Shown one piece after another: positions 52,641 to 64,000 of a stretch of DNA of 64,000 nucleotides (its first letter is position 1; each line of letters opens with the position of its first letter). The DNA comes from Haliotis rubra (Eukaryota), in contig NW_025767262.1 of the NCBI RefSeq assembly GCF_003918875.1, positions 1 to 64,000 on the forward strand, written 5' to 3'. A program made the position numbers and the translations under genes. The notes beneath the pieces were generated by a model, which saw nothing but the letters and a program-made list of their open reading frames with translations, was not told the DNA's origin and did no database searches.

Positions 52641-53304
52641 ATGACTATAAATGGCGACGACAGTTAAACAGTCAGTATCTAAGATGCAGGCGGTAGCCTA
52701 CCTCTTGGAAACTGAAGGTCGAGTTCACTTGGTGGGCATGCTGTATTTATCTAATTTAACAATTTAGATTGATTAAATTTAAATGGCATTCTCCTACAAT
52801 CATTGAAGGGACCCACACCAAATCATTGTCAACTTAACGAAAGTACCTTTCAATAGACCATATTATATACGCTAAATGCTGGCAGTGCAACTACAAGATG
52901 TCTGCGTGAAGCGAGACAAGAACCTTCTCAAAGTAAACGCTTCCTTTATTGGAAAATAAATCATGTCTGATACTATGATAACATTATCGAGATATATGCC
53001 CCGCATGTCCGCTCAGTTGACACTAGTAAATGAATGTCGGCATTGGATGGGAGATGTGGGCGGGGGACTAAATTGCGCCTTGAGTTATTGGGGATGTTGT
53101 CGTCGTCGTCACTGAAGTGGGATCAGTGTTGCTCCCGGCTCCATGCAGTCAGTCAGACTTATGTTTATGTGCATGTAGTCTGCCAGTCTTTTTTGTATTG
53201 CATGTGGGTAATATACCACCTAAATCTATTGGTATGTTATAATCTAAATTGGGTTAAATTAGATGAAGGAATTAAGAACGGATGTACTCAAGTCAGTGTT
53301 TGGA

Positions 53305-53548
53305 ACCCGTGAAGGCCCTGGTTAGAATTGTTATCCAGTAACCCATGCTTGTCGTAAGAGGCGAATAACGCGATCGGGTGGTCAGGCTCGCTGACTTGGT
53401 TGACACATGTCTTTTCATCCCAATTGTGTAGATCTATGCTCATGCTGTTGATCACTGGATTGTCTGGTCCAGAATCGAGTATTTACAGGCCGCCGTCATA
53501 GAGCTGGAATATTGCTGAGTGCGGCGTAAAACTAAACTCACTCACTCA
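53305..53548 (+). mobile_element. SINE-like repeat family 2
   Basis: Full body with (actc)n tail. Confidence 0.85.
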
Positions 53549-53883
53549 GTGGCCAGGAAAATCATTTATACAGACATGAATGATAAGAATTATATAGAAG
53601 TCCTCATAACTCCATGCTTGTCGTAAGAGCCCACTGATATGAATCTGGTGGTTATTGCGTGTCACCGTTTCTCATGATATCTGCCATTGGTTATGTGTCC
53701 ACAACAGTTAGCTGGGATGTGAATTGCTGACCAAGGCCTTAAAACGAACTGCGTTCATTCCTGAATTGCCCATTCTGGTATTCTTCAAATTTACATTGTT
53801 AGTTGTTTTTATTATGCAATATTTTATTATAGTAATAGTCTTTCGTTGTCGAAGGCGCCGCTGTGCAGAGTTGCATCCATTAA

Positions 53884-54243
53884 GCGGCCTTCGCATGGCA
53901 CACTAACGTTTGACAACACATGTTAGTTGAAATTTTAAAAGTTGTCAAACTCGCGTTTTCACACGTCAAACGCATGTTGTCAAACTTTTGTGTCATTTGA
54001 GCGCCATGTCTCTATCGGTGCGGTCAGGTGACAATTTGGTTGACTGCGATTGGTTGTTTCTGATCAACACGAGTTTGACAACACTTTACACGTCAAACTC
54101 GAGTTTGACAACGCCGAAAGTTTGATGGAAAAGTTGGTGAGAATAGAGACCGATCCTTTTTCTCGACAACAGTTTGACAACTCTGAAATTGGTGTTGGTG
54201 GCGAGTTGTGTTGTCAAACTTTAGTTTGTCGTGTAAACGCCGC
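53884..54243. mobile_element. MITE (PIF/Harbinger-like) with ~40-bp TIRs and internal GTTTGACAAC repeats
   Basis: gcggccttcgcatggcacactaacgtttgacaacaca versus tgtgttgtcaaactttagtttgtcgtgtaaacgccgc, with TAA-rich flanks. Confidence 0.65.
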
Positions 54244-54280
54244 TTTAAGCAAACTGTGATCGTGGGTTGAATCCTCAAGT

Positions 54281-54447
54281 AGGGCGGTTGGGTAGCTTGG
54301 TGGTTATAGCGTCCGCTCGTTACGATGAAGACCCGGGTTCGATTCCCCACATGGGTACAATGTGTGAAGCCCATATCTGGTGTCCCCCGCCGTGATATTG
54401 ATGGAATATTGCTAAAAACGTAGTAAAACCAAACTTAATTACTCACT
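54281..54447 (+). mobile_element. tRNA-derived SINE family 1
   Basis: Family-1 consensus match. Confidence 0.85.
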
Positions 54448-55569
54448 GAGTCCTCAAGTTGTCCTTATTCTATTGGAACTACCATGACCGTGCTCGTGAG
54501 TTTCCCAAAGTGATAAAAGTCAAATACTTACAACAAAATGTTCCTGACAGATTAGGCTGACACGCCGTGAAACAAGTATAACATTGTTCAAAGTGACGTT
54601 AAATATCACTCACTCACTCACTCATTTACTGAATCTCCCTTTCATCCGCCCACTTATTTACTCTGTGACTCCCCCGCTCATTACAGTCATTACCATATCA
54701 ACAATAGTTATATTCATGCTATATAATATTACATTCGACTGCATAACACTGGCTAAAAAAAACCCTTCAGCATTATATGTTGGGACAAGCGCGCATATGT
54801 ATATCAGATGTACGATATTCTATTTCATTTTTCACCGAAAATGCATTCTTAAGTAATTTAGACACCAATCAAGATAATATGTATTGCAGATGCAATGTTG
54901 CAGAAAGGTTTCATTCACATTGTAAAAGCCGGAAGGTACAAACACCATGCGTAAAACAACATTCGATGGCATACAATTTCAAGTGGTAAATATATTTTAT
55001 AAGGAACAACTACCTCTAGTTCACAAGTGCCTTTAACACGGCACGCAGTGTACCTACTGGAAGAGTGGGCGGCAGTGCTAGCAAGCAAAAGGAAAGGCTG
55101 TTTCACGCCATACGTTGAAAGAGACCTCCAAAGACCAAGGGAGATTACTCTCAACTAAACACAAATCTCGAAAGCTCGGTCAAACGTCGTACTTATGGTC
55201 GACTTTTTAATCGCCCAAAACACCCAAATACGAGGGTTATTGGTTAAAAACAATTTTACATATAAATCAAGTGTTTAATCACACTTAAGAAGGACGAAGG
55301 AAATTAAATGATACTGATGTGATACCAGTGCATGTAAAGACAATTTAGTAAGAAAGTCAAATAAATATCCTCAGAAATCATCTTCTGAACTGGGCTCCGT
55401 TTGTGCAAATCGCAAGTTAACACTGCGCAGAAACATCCTAGCACTATTTTAAGAATCCACTCGAACGTTAGACCGGAATCTGAACGTATTTTTGTGATCT
55501 CTTCCAATCCATCGTAGGAACATGCGCGAACCAGTCTAAGACAGCACGAAATGTTGCGAGATTAGCAGC

Positions 55570-55583
55570 GTCTCCATAACAAC
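55570..55583 (+). promoter_or_regulatory. X-box (RFX site), copy F
   Basis: GTCTCC AT AACAAC fits the strict consensus GTHNYY AT RRNAAC. It lies about 108 nt upstream of the ATG and is followed by the conserved cacaaacgacgccatcttg. Confidence 0.65.
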
Positions 55584-55690
55584 CGTTGTCTAACACAAAC
55601 GACGCCATCTTGTTGTTTATTGCTGACGCAAATCTCACGACTCTGCTGTCATTTCGCTCTGTGTTCCTCACATCTGGTGAATTGTGCATC

Positions 55691-57315
55691 ATGTATGCTA
55701 ATGCTGCCAGGGTTTACCACCAAGGTATATTTCTGTGTTCTTTATATCCTCCGTTTTCTTTGTTTATGCTTTGAATTCCAATGTTCTAGTCTAGCCTAGG
55801 GTCACAAAAGATAATAAGTGATTCCCTGAACTTGTCTTCTGTATAAACTGCAATGTTTGTTAATCAGTAGTGGTGGTCCGACTAATTGAAATAATCGAGG
55901 ATTGGTCGCAGTGACCAAACGACCACGCAATCGATCACATTTTCTCATAATCGAACACAAACGACTTTGGAACTAGATTCTACTGTGTTGACGATGGAAC
56001 ATATCTCAGAAGTTGTCAGGGCCTGAAAACGTGTTTTAATCTTTAGAAAACTCACTTCAATTACTGAAAAGTCGGACTGAATATTTCTTGAGGACTCTGG
56101 GAGGTTTGTGTTCATGATATGTTAGTCATCCCTTTTAATAGGCAAATTGCATCAGTTTACATTGGATGTGGAATTTGCGCAATTTCTAAATATAAAACAA
56201 AACACAACAGAAAATCTCGTGTTTTTTTCTGTATACTTATGTGCATTAACAACCTGAACACGAACATCTGCAACCCAATGACGCTAACCATTTTTTTCGG
56301 TGATTGCACGCTGGTAATGAACCAATGATTAATTGTGAGAGTTCAACCAATTCCAAACACTATTAATCAATTGAATCAGAATACCCCGTTCCTGTTGGAA
56401 ACCTCTCTTCTGTAATACATGTTAGCGTAGCTTTCAGCCATGAGAGCCATGCTAAGATACACAATTACATGTCAGAGAGGTACACAAAGTATGTGATTTA
56501 GACTACCGGTTGTCCGACTTTCATTTTTTGTAAAGTCTTGGTGCCTCATTCTGTGTGTGTAAGATGGGACTCAGCCAAAAACTACTAAAATCTGTACCTT
56601 CGTAAGAAAGTGTAATCCCAATAGCCCATTACATAGACAATCAGATGGTAATGGGTGCCTGTTTTTGATGTTGTCGCCCCTGACAATTTCAAAGGACTGG
56701 GTTTATGGTACCTGTGTATGTCTAGACTTGTCATGAATCTCTGTATTTCCAATATTCTTAATTGCTTATTTTCCTTCCGCAGGTCAAGTCAAGCTCCACA
56801 AGAAAGTATCTCCTGTGCAGATGGTCTCCCCTACCTCTGCTCCTGCCTCCACTCCTGCCTCCGCCCCTGCCTCCATCCCTACCTACACTCCTGTCCCTCA
56901 TCCAGTAGGTTGTATGTAGTGACTACTTGAAAACACCACAAGGCTCCCTACATCCATGAACACCTTGAATTGTAACTTATTATTGTTCAATTATATAATT
57001 CTTTCACTAAAAGATAATTGTCCTATGTAGTTTTGTAGTTTACATGGTACATTGAGTGCTTTTTCTGCCTCTATGGTCCTTTGTTTTATGACTTAAAGAC
57101 TGGTTTCTGTCTCCCCTCTTAAGTGCCCCAATACTGAGTGGATGGTCCACATCAACCCCCTGTCTGTCCTGCCCAACCCCCTGACCTCTGTCCCAACCCC
57201 TAAAAGCACTGCCTACATGGAGATTGTTCTTGTGGACGAAGATGCCTTGAAACAGCCACGATCATGTGTGCCATCCTTGTTTAGTTTTCTCAAGAGTATC
57301 TTCACTGTGTGTTAG
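55691..57315 (+). CDS. Orphan small proline-rich protein, diverged paralog F (115 aa): exons 55691-55724, 56783-56904, 57124-57315
   Basis: CAAG|gtat, ttccgcag|GT, CCA|gtaggt, ctcttaag|TGC give 34+122+192 nt: MYANAARVYHQGQVKLHKKVSPVQMVSPTSAPASTPASAPASIPTYTPVPHPCPNTEWMVHINPLSVLPNPLTSVPTPKSTAYMEIVLVDEDALKQPRSCVPSLFSFLKSIFTVC*. Intron phases match B and E. Confidence 0.85.
55868..56362. mobile_element. hAT-like MITE in intron 1 of gene F
   Basis: Ends TAGTGGTGG...CCAAACACTA, flanked by 8-bp ttaatcag/ttaatcaa (7/8 TSD match). Confidence 0.6.
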
Positions 57316-57372
57316 GTGAAAATGCACCTACTAATATGGTCGACACTGGGTGTACTGTGTCGATCCCTTTCA

Positions 57373-57413
57373 GGAACTTTCGGACAAACCTTTTGGATAT
57401 TCAATTTTGGACA
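57373..57413 (+). promoter_or_regulatory. Conserved 3'UTR element of the orphan family
   Basis: GGA[A/C]CTTTCGGACAAAC[C/A]TTTTGGA is shared with minus-strand copies at ~1344-1385, 22248-22284, 32524-32562 and 37127-37165. Confidence 0.55.
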
Positions 57414-57965
57414 TTTTCAACAGTTATTGGTTATATGAAACAATGATAATGTTAATGATATCTATTAAATATATCAGTACCTCAACTGTAGTTCAGTTAT
57501 TTATTCATCCCCTGTAATTTAGTGTCTAGGTGATATCATCGTTCAGCCACTTCCATATATGTTTATTTCATTACATGTGTCTCATTTTTAAAATGTGTTT
57601 TGATATTTCTTCATTTAAGGATTTTTTGTAAGATATATTCACATATTAATCTCACAAGCCTTTTTGTTACCTATACAGAATGAGATATCCATTGATGTAA
57701 TTTGCAATTGGTCAGAAACATTTGATGAGCGCAGTGTTAAACAATAAACAAACAAACAAACAAACAAACCAGAGCATGTAATAGAGTGAATACAATACTG
57801 GTGTACATTACTTTGGTATTTTATGTGTGTTTCTCTTAAGCATTACGATACCACTTTTTGTTCTTAAAGTTTTTGCCTAAATCAGCACTTGAGAGTCCAT
57901 GTAGGATTTTCTTTCTGAAAAGTGGTTTAGGGTCCATTTATTCCAAATGTATCTTTTAATGATAA

Positions 57966-58006
57966 GTTTGTTTGCTGTTTTACCCACACTTAGCAAGATT
58001 CCAGCT

Positions 58007-58037
<31 letters not shown>

Positions 58038-58390
58038 ACTATGAACTTATGTAGGGCAAGAATCCAGTCAGTATAACTGCTCAAAAGTGCTTTGAGAGGA
58101 TGCATGTCACATGTATCACCAATGTCCACTCAGTCTAGGCCTATGTCTTTTGAGAAAAGGTGGGTCTTGAGATTGGTTTTAAAAGTGGCCAAGTTATTTA
58201 TAAGTACATTACAGCAGTCTATATGACAGAAGTCTGTAAATAATCGAGTCTGGACCAGACAATCCAGTGATCAGCATCATGAGCATTGATCTACGCAATA
58301 ATTGACATGTGCCAACCAAGTCAGCAAGCCTAACCACCCCATCCAGTTAGTCGCCTCTTCCGACAGTCATGGATTGCTGAAGACCAATTC
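57966..58390 (-). mobile_element. Family-2 SINE interrupted by a LINE 3' end
   Basis: The SINE tail is at 57966-58006 and its body resumes at ~58220. Confidence 0.7.
58007..58218 (-). mobile_element. CR1/L2-type LINE 3' fragment with (GAT)n tail
   Basis: The minus strand encodes NNLATFKTNLKTHLFSKD, a typical ORF2 terminus. The (atc)10 at 58007-58036 is its tail. Confidence 0.65.
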
Positions 58391-59152
58391 TAACCGGATC
58401 TTCACAGGTACCTTTATTAATAGGGCAACATTTCTTTATGCACCTCCAAATAGAGGGTACTTTAATGACATGCATTGATGCTCACTATATCAATCACTAC
58501 TTTGTCTGGTACAGATTCGATTAGTTCCAGTCCACAGTCATCTTCATCTTGGCGTTTCTGAGTGCAAACTTAAGCAACAACTACAGAAATATAACTAAAT
58601 CACAATAGCAAAGACATCAAGTTAAGAGATGTTTAGATCCACTTTCGCCAATGCCAACAGACATAATTGAGAAGCCATTTCATGGAATACCAAAAGGACG
58701 CACTTATATAAGCGCTTGAATATGACGGCCAGTGTTACAAGAAAATCAATGTTTCAATGTTATAGCGTATAACAAGGAACACGACAAATTCTCATGAATA
58801 CATTCAGTTTGACCACTGTTCGGCTGGATCGTTGCATTAACCAGACTAGTGGTCACTGATTGTCCGAGCCAGCCCCATGGCCACAGTCCCATTAAGGTCT
58901 CGAATGTTCATTAAGGCGCGGACGCGTCCAATGAGTCCCACATCGCTTGTTAGATCAATCCAAATCAGCTTTACACTTAACTCGTCTTGACTGATGTGCT
59001 TTGGGTTAGTCAGTCATACATACCATAGCGTAAACACCATTGATGTAACCACGAATAGCACAGTCGTAGGGTCCGCCATTTGTACATGAGGTCTCGTCGG
59101 TGGCAGCATATACGTAGACAAACATCTATTTATAGACATATATTGCAATGGG

Positions 59153-59312
59153 TTAGTGAGTATGGTTTTACGCCGCTTTTAGCAATATTCCAGCAATATC
59201 AAGGCGGGGGACACCAGAAATGGGCTTCACATATTGTACCCATGTGGGGAACCGAACCGGGGTCTTCGGCGACAGAGCGAACGCTTTAACCACTAGGCTA
59301 CCCCACCGCCCC
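59153..59312 (-). mobile_element. tRNA-derived SINE family 1
   Basis: Family-1 consensus match. Confidence 0.85.
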
Positions 59313-59584
59313 ACATATATTTCAGAAAAAAATGGTTTCTTTGTTTTCATAAAATGAAACGGTGGTGATTTAGACTGTCCACATGTTCTTGATTTGGTTG
59401 TCTATTTGGTTGTATTTGTATCAGGGGCTGTATGACACACTAGTGTCAGTGTGGTTTTGTTTTGTTTTCCACAAAACTCCCAATACTGTTTAATATGTAA
59501 AGAGTATGTTATGTATATCTTTATACAGTTTTGGCAATGTTTTAAAAAAGTTTCGCGTACTGCGACAGTTCGGGCAGGTTTTCG

Positions 59585-59740
59585 GGTTGGTGGGGTATTC
59601 TTGTGATTAAAGCCCCCGCTCATCACGTTGAAGCCCCGGTTCTATTCCCCACATGGTACAATTTGTGAAGCACATTTCCCGTGTCCCTCGCCTTGATATT
59701 TCTGAAATAATCAGTAGAATCGACGTAAAACCATACTCAG
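59585..59740 (+). mobile_element. Degenerate family-1 SINE
   Basis: Diverged match to the family-1 consensus. Confidence 0.65.
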
Positions 59741-60023
59741 TAGCTTAGGGGCAGATTTTCCACACGTCTGTTTTATACTGGGACAGTGTTAATGATTCTA
59801 CATTTTATGTCCGCTTCTTGTTTCGTCACTGTAAATCCCCAGATGTTTTCATGTAAACCCCCATGACAAACAAAAGAAATGGCGTGTTTAACATGTTTCA
59901 AAATGCTTTCAATGTTTAAAAGTTTCAGTTGATAGGCACACTTTTCATGTCACATTAGAGCCGTTTTGATTGTGTCGTATGAATAGGAATGTCATAATGT
60001 TTTGTAATTTTCCACATTTTTTA

Positions 60024-60272
60024 ACCCGTGAAGATCCGGGTTAGAATTGGTCTACAGTAATCCATGCTTGTCATAAGAGGCGACTAACGGGATCTGGTGG
60101 TCAGGCTCGCCTACTTCGTTGACACATGTAATCGTATCCCAATTGCGTAGATCGATGCTCATGCTGTTGATCACTGGATTGTCTGGTCCAGACTCGATTA
60201 TTTACAGACCGTCGCCATATATAGCGGGAATATTACTGAGTGCGTCGTAAGACTAAACTCACTCACTCACTC
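60024..60272 (+). mobile_element. SINE-like repeat family 2
   Basis: Full body with (actc)n tail. Confidence 0.85.
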
Positions 60273-60345
60273 CATATTTTATATTTGTTTAGCTGGCTAG
60301 ACACCTTTGTGTGTTCGCGTATATCTGTCTATTCTTACTCAACGA

Positions 60346-60511
60346 GGGGCGGTGGGGTAGCCTAGTGGTTAGAGCGCTCCCTCGTCACGCTGAAGACCCT
60401 GGTCCGATTCCCTACATGGGAACAATGTGTGAAGCCCATTCCTGGTGTTCACCGCCGTGATATTGCTGAAATATTGCTAAAAGCGGTGTAAAACTAAACT
60501 CACTCACTCAC
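60346..60511 (+). mobile_element. tRNA-derived SINE family 1
   Basis: Family-1 consensus match. Confidence 0.85.
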
Positions 60512-61191
60512 TTTTCTTCCCCAACGGAACTGACGCGCAAAACTGTGCCATGATTTCCTGTCGATCTTAATCAGATCAGTTTAATAATATTAATGTAGAT
60601 TGTAAGAACGATCATGGGTGCTAAATGACAGTCAGCCCCAGGCAGTGAGTGAACGAGGTCACGCGAATTAATCGAAAATAACTCCAATATCAGATTTGAG
60701 ATGTAGCAAATGACCATTTGACAGACAGACATGGCTAACGTTTTCTCGGGTCTGTATAAATCATTCTCCCGATCGTGTGTACATTTTGTAGTGGTCACCA
60801 CAGGGCATAACGTGGTTGGGGTGCCCGTCTCACGACGTTAATGGTGTCGTGGTATATAATGATTACCCCCATGCATAATTCATCGTATACCGCCATCGAC
60901 ATTAGCTTTCTGGAGATAAGTACATTGTACATGTCTCGTGGTAATGTCGTCAGTCTGACAGAAGACGCAGATTTGATGGAGTTGGAGGTTGCTGATGTAC
61001 CGTATTGTCTTCAATACAGTGTTCGAAATAAACGTTTGCCCGTAGGTCAGTGGCATGTAGATTTTGTGTCAGGTCAGTTTTAAATGCGCATGCGTCGTTA
61101 TGGCCCTCTGTAAATGTACGTAATTTACTACAAGGGGATTTATTTGTCATAAGTTACAACCTTTTGGGTTTGGGGTATTTGGTGTGTTAAA

Positions 61192-61353
61192 TGAGTGAGT
61201 TGGATTTTACGCCACTTTTAGCAATATTCCAGCAATATTAGGGCGAGTGACATCAGGAATGGGCTTCACATATTGAACCCCTGTGGGGAATCGAACCCGG
61301 GCCCTCGACGTGACGAGCGAATGCTTTAACCACTGGGCTACCCCATCGCCCCA
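61192..61353 (-). mobile_element. tRNA-derived SINE family 1
   Basis: Family-1 consensus match. Confidence 0.85.
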
Positions 61354-61876
61354 GTGGCCTGGAGAGTTTAGTGCACCTTCTCAAGTGCGTGGGTGCGATG
61401 GTAGCCTGGCATTTTTCATTTAAAATTTCAATTACTGCTTGAAAAATGTCTGATTTAATTATAATTGATTGCCTTTGGGTGCATGAAAGAATCAAAGTTA
61501 TTTGAAATTAGAAATTTTTGCTTTGATTATAATCCGTCCGCGAGTAATATTCAGGTTATTATAATCATGGCCTGAAAGTGATGGAGTCTGCATGGGCTGG
61601 CAAACCAGTGGTTGATACGATACGATGGGTAACGTCCGGGGTAGTTAGGATAAATTAGCCACTGAGCCAGGTCGATACATTTGAGTCGCTTCTTATACCC
61701 ACAAGCGAATGAATGAGATTTCACGAGGCTTTGAAAAGTGTTTCAGTTATGTCGCAACCTGTCAGCGTGATGAACACCGGAAGTGATGAAGGTCATACAA
61801 TATTCTTATCACTTTGAACCCCAAAGAGCAGGGTTACGGTATTTGCGGCGGTATGAACCCATGATCATAATGCTCT

Positions 61877-62047
61877 GGGGGCAGCGGGAGTAGCCAGGTG
61901 GTAAGAGCGTTCGCTCGTCACACCAAAGACATGTGCACAGGTTCGATTCCCGACATGGCTGCAATGTGTGAAGCCCATTTCTGTTGTTCCCTCGTGATAT
62001 TGCTGGAATATTGCTAAATGTGGCGTAAAACTAAACTCACTCACTCA
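61877..62047 (+). mobile_element. tRNA-derived SINE family 1
   Basis: Family-1 consensus match. Confidence 0.8.
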
Positions 62048-62651
62048 GTAGTGCTGCTTGCACGTCCAAGGGACGCAACTCTGCTCAGTGATTTGCAGCG
62101 CCAGACGACAGGGAGATGTTCCTCAAGCAGCAACAGATTGCTCGGGGCATATTCAAGCACGCGTCTTCACGTGTCCCTGCAAGTGGACTCACTGATTTGT
62201 GCAGTTTGCGTTTGTTTGGAAATATATAAAAAAATTCACCAACTCAAGTTATGGGGTACACGAACAACAAACACGATTCTGGTTAGTTTAATCAGGAATC
62301 TATGGTAAATGTAGGTTTGCGTGATCAGCATATATGTTGGTCTGAATATTTCGCCTGCAGCGAGACAACGAATGGGAATTTGTGTCCTCCTGTGACCTTG
62401 TAGAAATGTCATGTAATCAACAATCACTTCTGGGCACCAGAATCGGGACAACGCTGGAGGTGGCCATGCACCGGGATATGGATGAAAAGAAATGTCGCCA
62501 GTACTTTGACGTATTGTCATGTGGGGAGTAGCTCTAGATAAAATAGAGGACATTTGACATTTCTAGTAAAATGCCAGGTATATATTTTCAGGAAAATGTA
62601 GTTTGTCTCTAAATGCATGATCAATAAATAAATACAAGTCGTCTTTTCTTT

Positions 62652-62808
62652 GGGCAGTGGGGTAGCCTAATGGTTAAAAGCGTCCGCTGGTCAGGCTGGA
62701 GACCCAGTGCAATTCCCTACATGGTACAATGTGTGAAGTCCATTTCTGATGTACCCCGCAGTGATATAGCTGGAACATTGCCAAAAGCGATGTAAAACCA
62801 TACTCATT
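62652..62808 (+). mobile_element. tRNA-derived SINE family 1 (diverged)
   Basis: Family-1 consensus match. Confidence 0.75.
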
Positions 62809-63830
62809 CTTTTCTTTTGTAATCTGTGTATTTGCCCTTTGTGGATATAATATTCTGTATAAAAATCCAGTTTCAAACATTGTAATAGTGCGCTACCAAT
62901 GTATCCATTGACTTGAAGCTCCCAAATGTGTGTACTTTCACCTAAACCTTGTTTTGTTTATGTGCTGATGTTGTTTATGCCTTTGGATTCCATGTAGAGT
63001 GAAAGATGTGGTTTCTTGGGGTGAGTTTTCAAGGATGCTGTTACCTTGAAAATATTATTAAAAATGTCCCGCCAATGACTGCTGTGATTGTCTGATCAAA
63101 ACCTTTGAGTCATTTAATGATAAATATACAACCTGAAATGTCATTATCCCCTACACTTCAGAACATGATACATTGCACACCTGTCAATACATGATATATA
63201 CAACCAAGGAGAATGATAGACAGGTGCTATGTACACAGCAGGAAGTAATCAGCTGTGGGCAGCAGTGAATGATCTCTCATTATTTCATTGGTTAATCGCT
63301 GGTCAATTAGTCTCCATCAGGAAGGTCAGATAGTAATGGACATGAGTCAGTTCAACATTCTTAACATATTAATCCCTTGTCAACATATTATATATGAAGT
63401 ACTTTATACCAGGAATGCAAAGTGCCTTTCAGCAAATTAATGACTGAAGGAATTTAGAGAAAACCAACATTCTTCACATTCACATTTGTCAATTTCATGA
63501 CAAGTTATTTGGACAATTTACTTCGTTAAGAGAAATTATGCCCATTATGAGTTTCCATTTGAAATGTTCAACTATACAGCATATTAAGCAATTAAGTTGA
63601 CCAAATCAGGCAACTCATTTCTTATTGACATTTATACCAGACTCAAAATGCATAAAGACAAAAATGTGATTAAAATTACTATAATTTTTGTTTTATCGTA
63701 ATTTTGCTCCTACACAAAAACTGTCTGATTTTGATAATGTTTCAATTTAAAATTTGTAGGCAAGTAAAACTGGGTTTAATGCCAGATTATAGATTACTGT
63801 GCTCATATTAAATACATTTCCACAGTTTAA

Positions 63831-63990
63831 GGGGCGGTCGGGTAGCCTAGTGGTTAAAGCGTTCGCTCGTCACGCCGAAGACCCGGGTTCGATTCACCAC
63901 CTGGGTACAACGTGTGAAGCCCATTTCTGGTGTTCCCGGCTGTGATATTGCGAATTTGCTTAAAGCTGCGTAAAACCAAACTCACTCACT
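63831..63990 (+). mobile_element. tRNA-derived SINE family 1 with TSD
   Basis: Full-length copy; ccacagttta is repeated on both sides (63820-63829 and 63991-64000). Confidence 0.9.
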
Positions 63991-64000
63991 CCACAGTTTA

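Noticed and set aside
43752-63990. tRNA genes at the A/B-box sequences
   Set aside because: Each continues into a shared body and microsatellite tail, one with a clear TSD, so they are SINE heads.

Overview
Eukaryotic, AT-rich, repeat-dense genomic DNA with one assembly gap (49921-50084). The SINE and LINE content looks molluscan, probably abalone-like; this is an inference from recalled repeat families. The main discovery is a family of small three-exon genes that the ORF track misses because the exons are short. Six copies lie on the minus strand in a tandem array: A is disabled, B is intact, B' has exons 1-2 only, C and D have G-homopolymer frameshifts in exon 3, and E is intact. One diverged paralog (F) lies on the plus strand at 55691-57315. 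Spliced products are 103-115 aa, proline-rich, begin MYAxxAxxYHQ and end in a Cys-containing amphipathic segment; I recognise no homolog. The intact copies share intron phases (1,0). All copies have an RFX/X-box-like palindrome about 100-110 nt upstream of the ATG, and copies A, C, D, E and F share a 25-nt 3'UTR element. This suggests a cilia/sperm-type regulated orphan family under birth-and-death evolution with exon-restricted homogenisation. The tandem units also carry decayed class-A GPCR exons, Tc1 fragments, an I-group LINE insertion with TSD and empty sites, and a fold-back tRNA-like element. The right third of the window is mostly SINEs, MITEs and a 29-bp minisatellite. Repeat boundaries are approximate; exon boundaries were read base by base.
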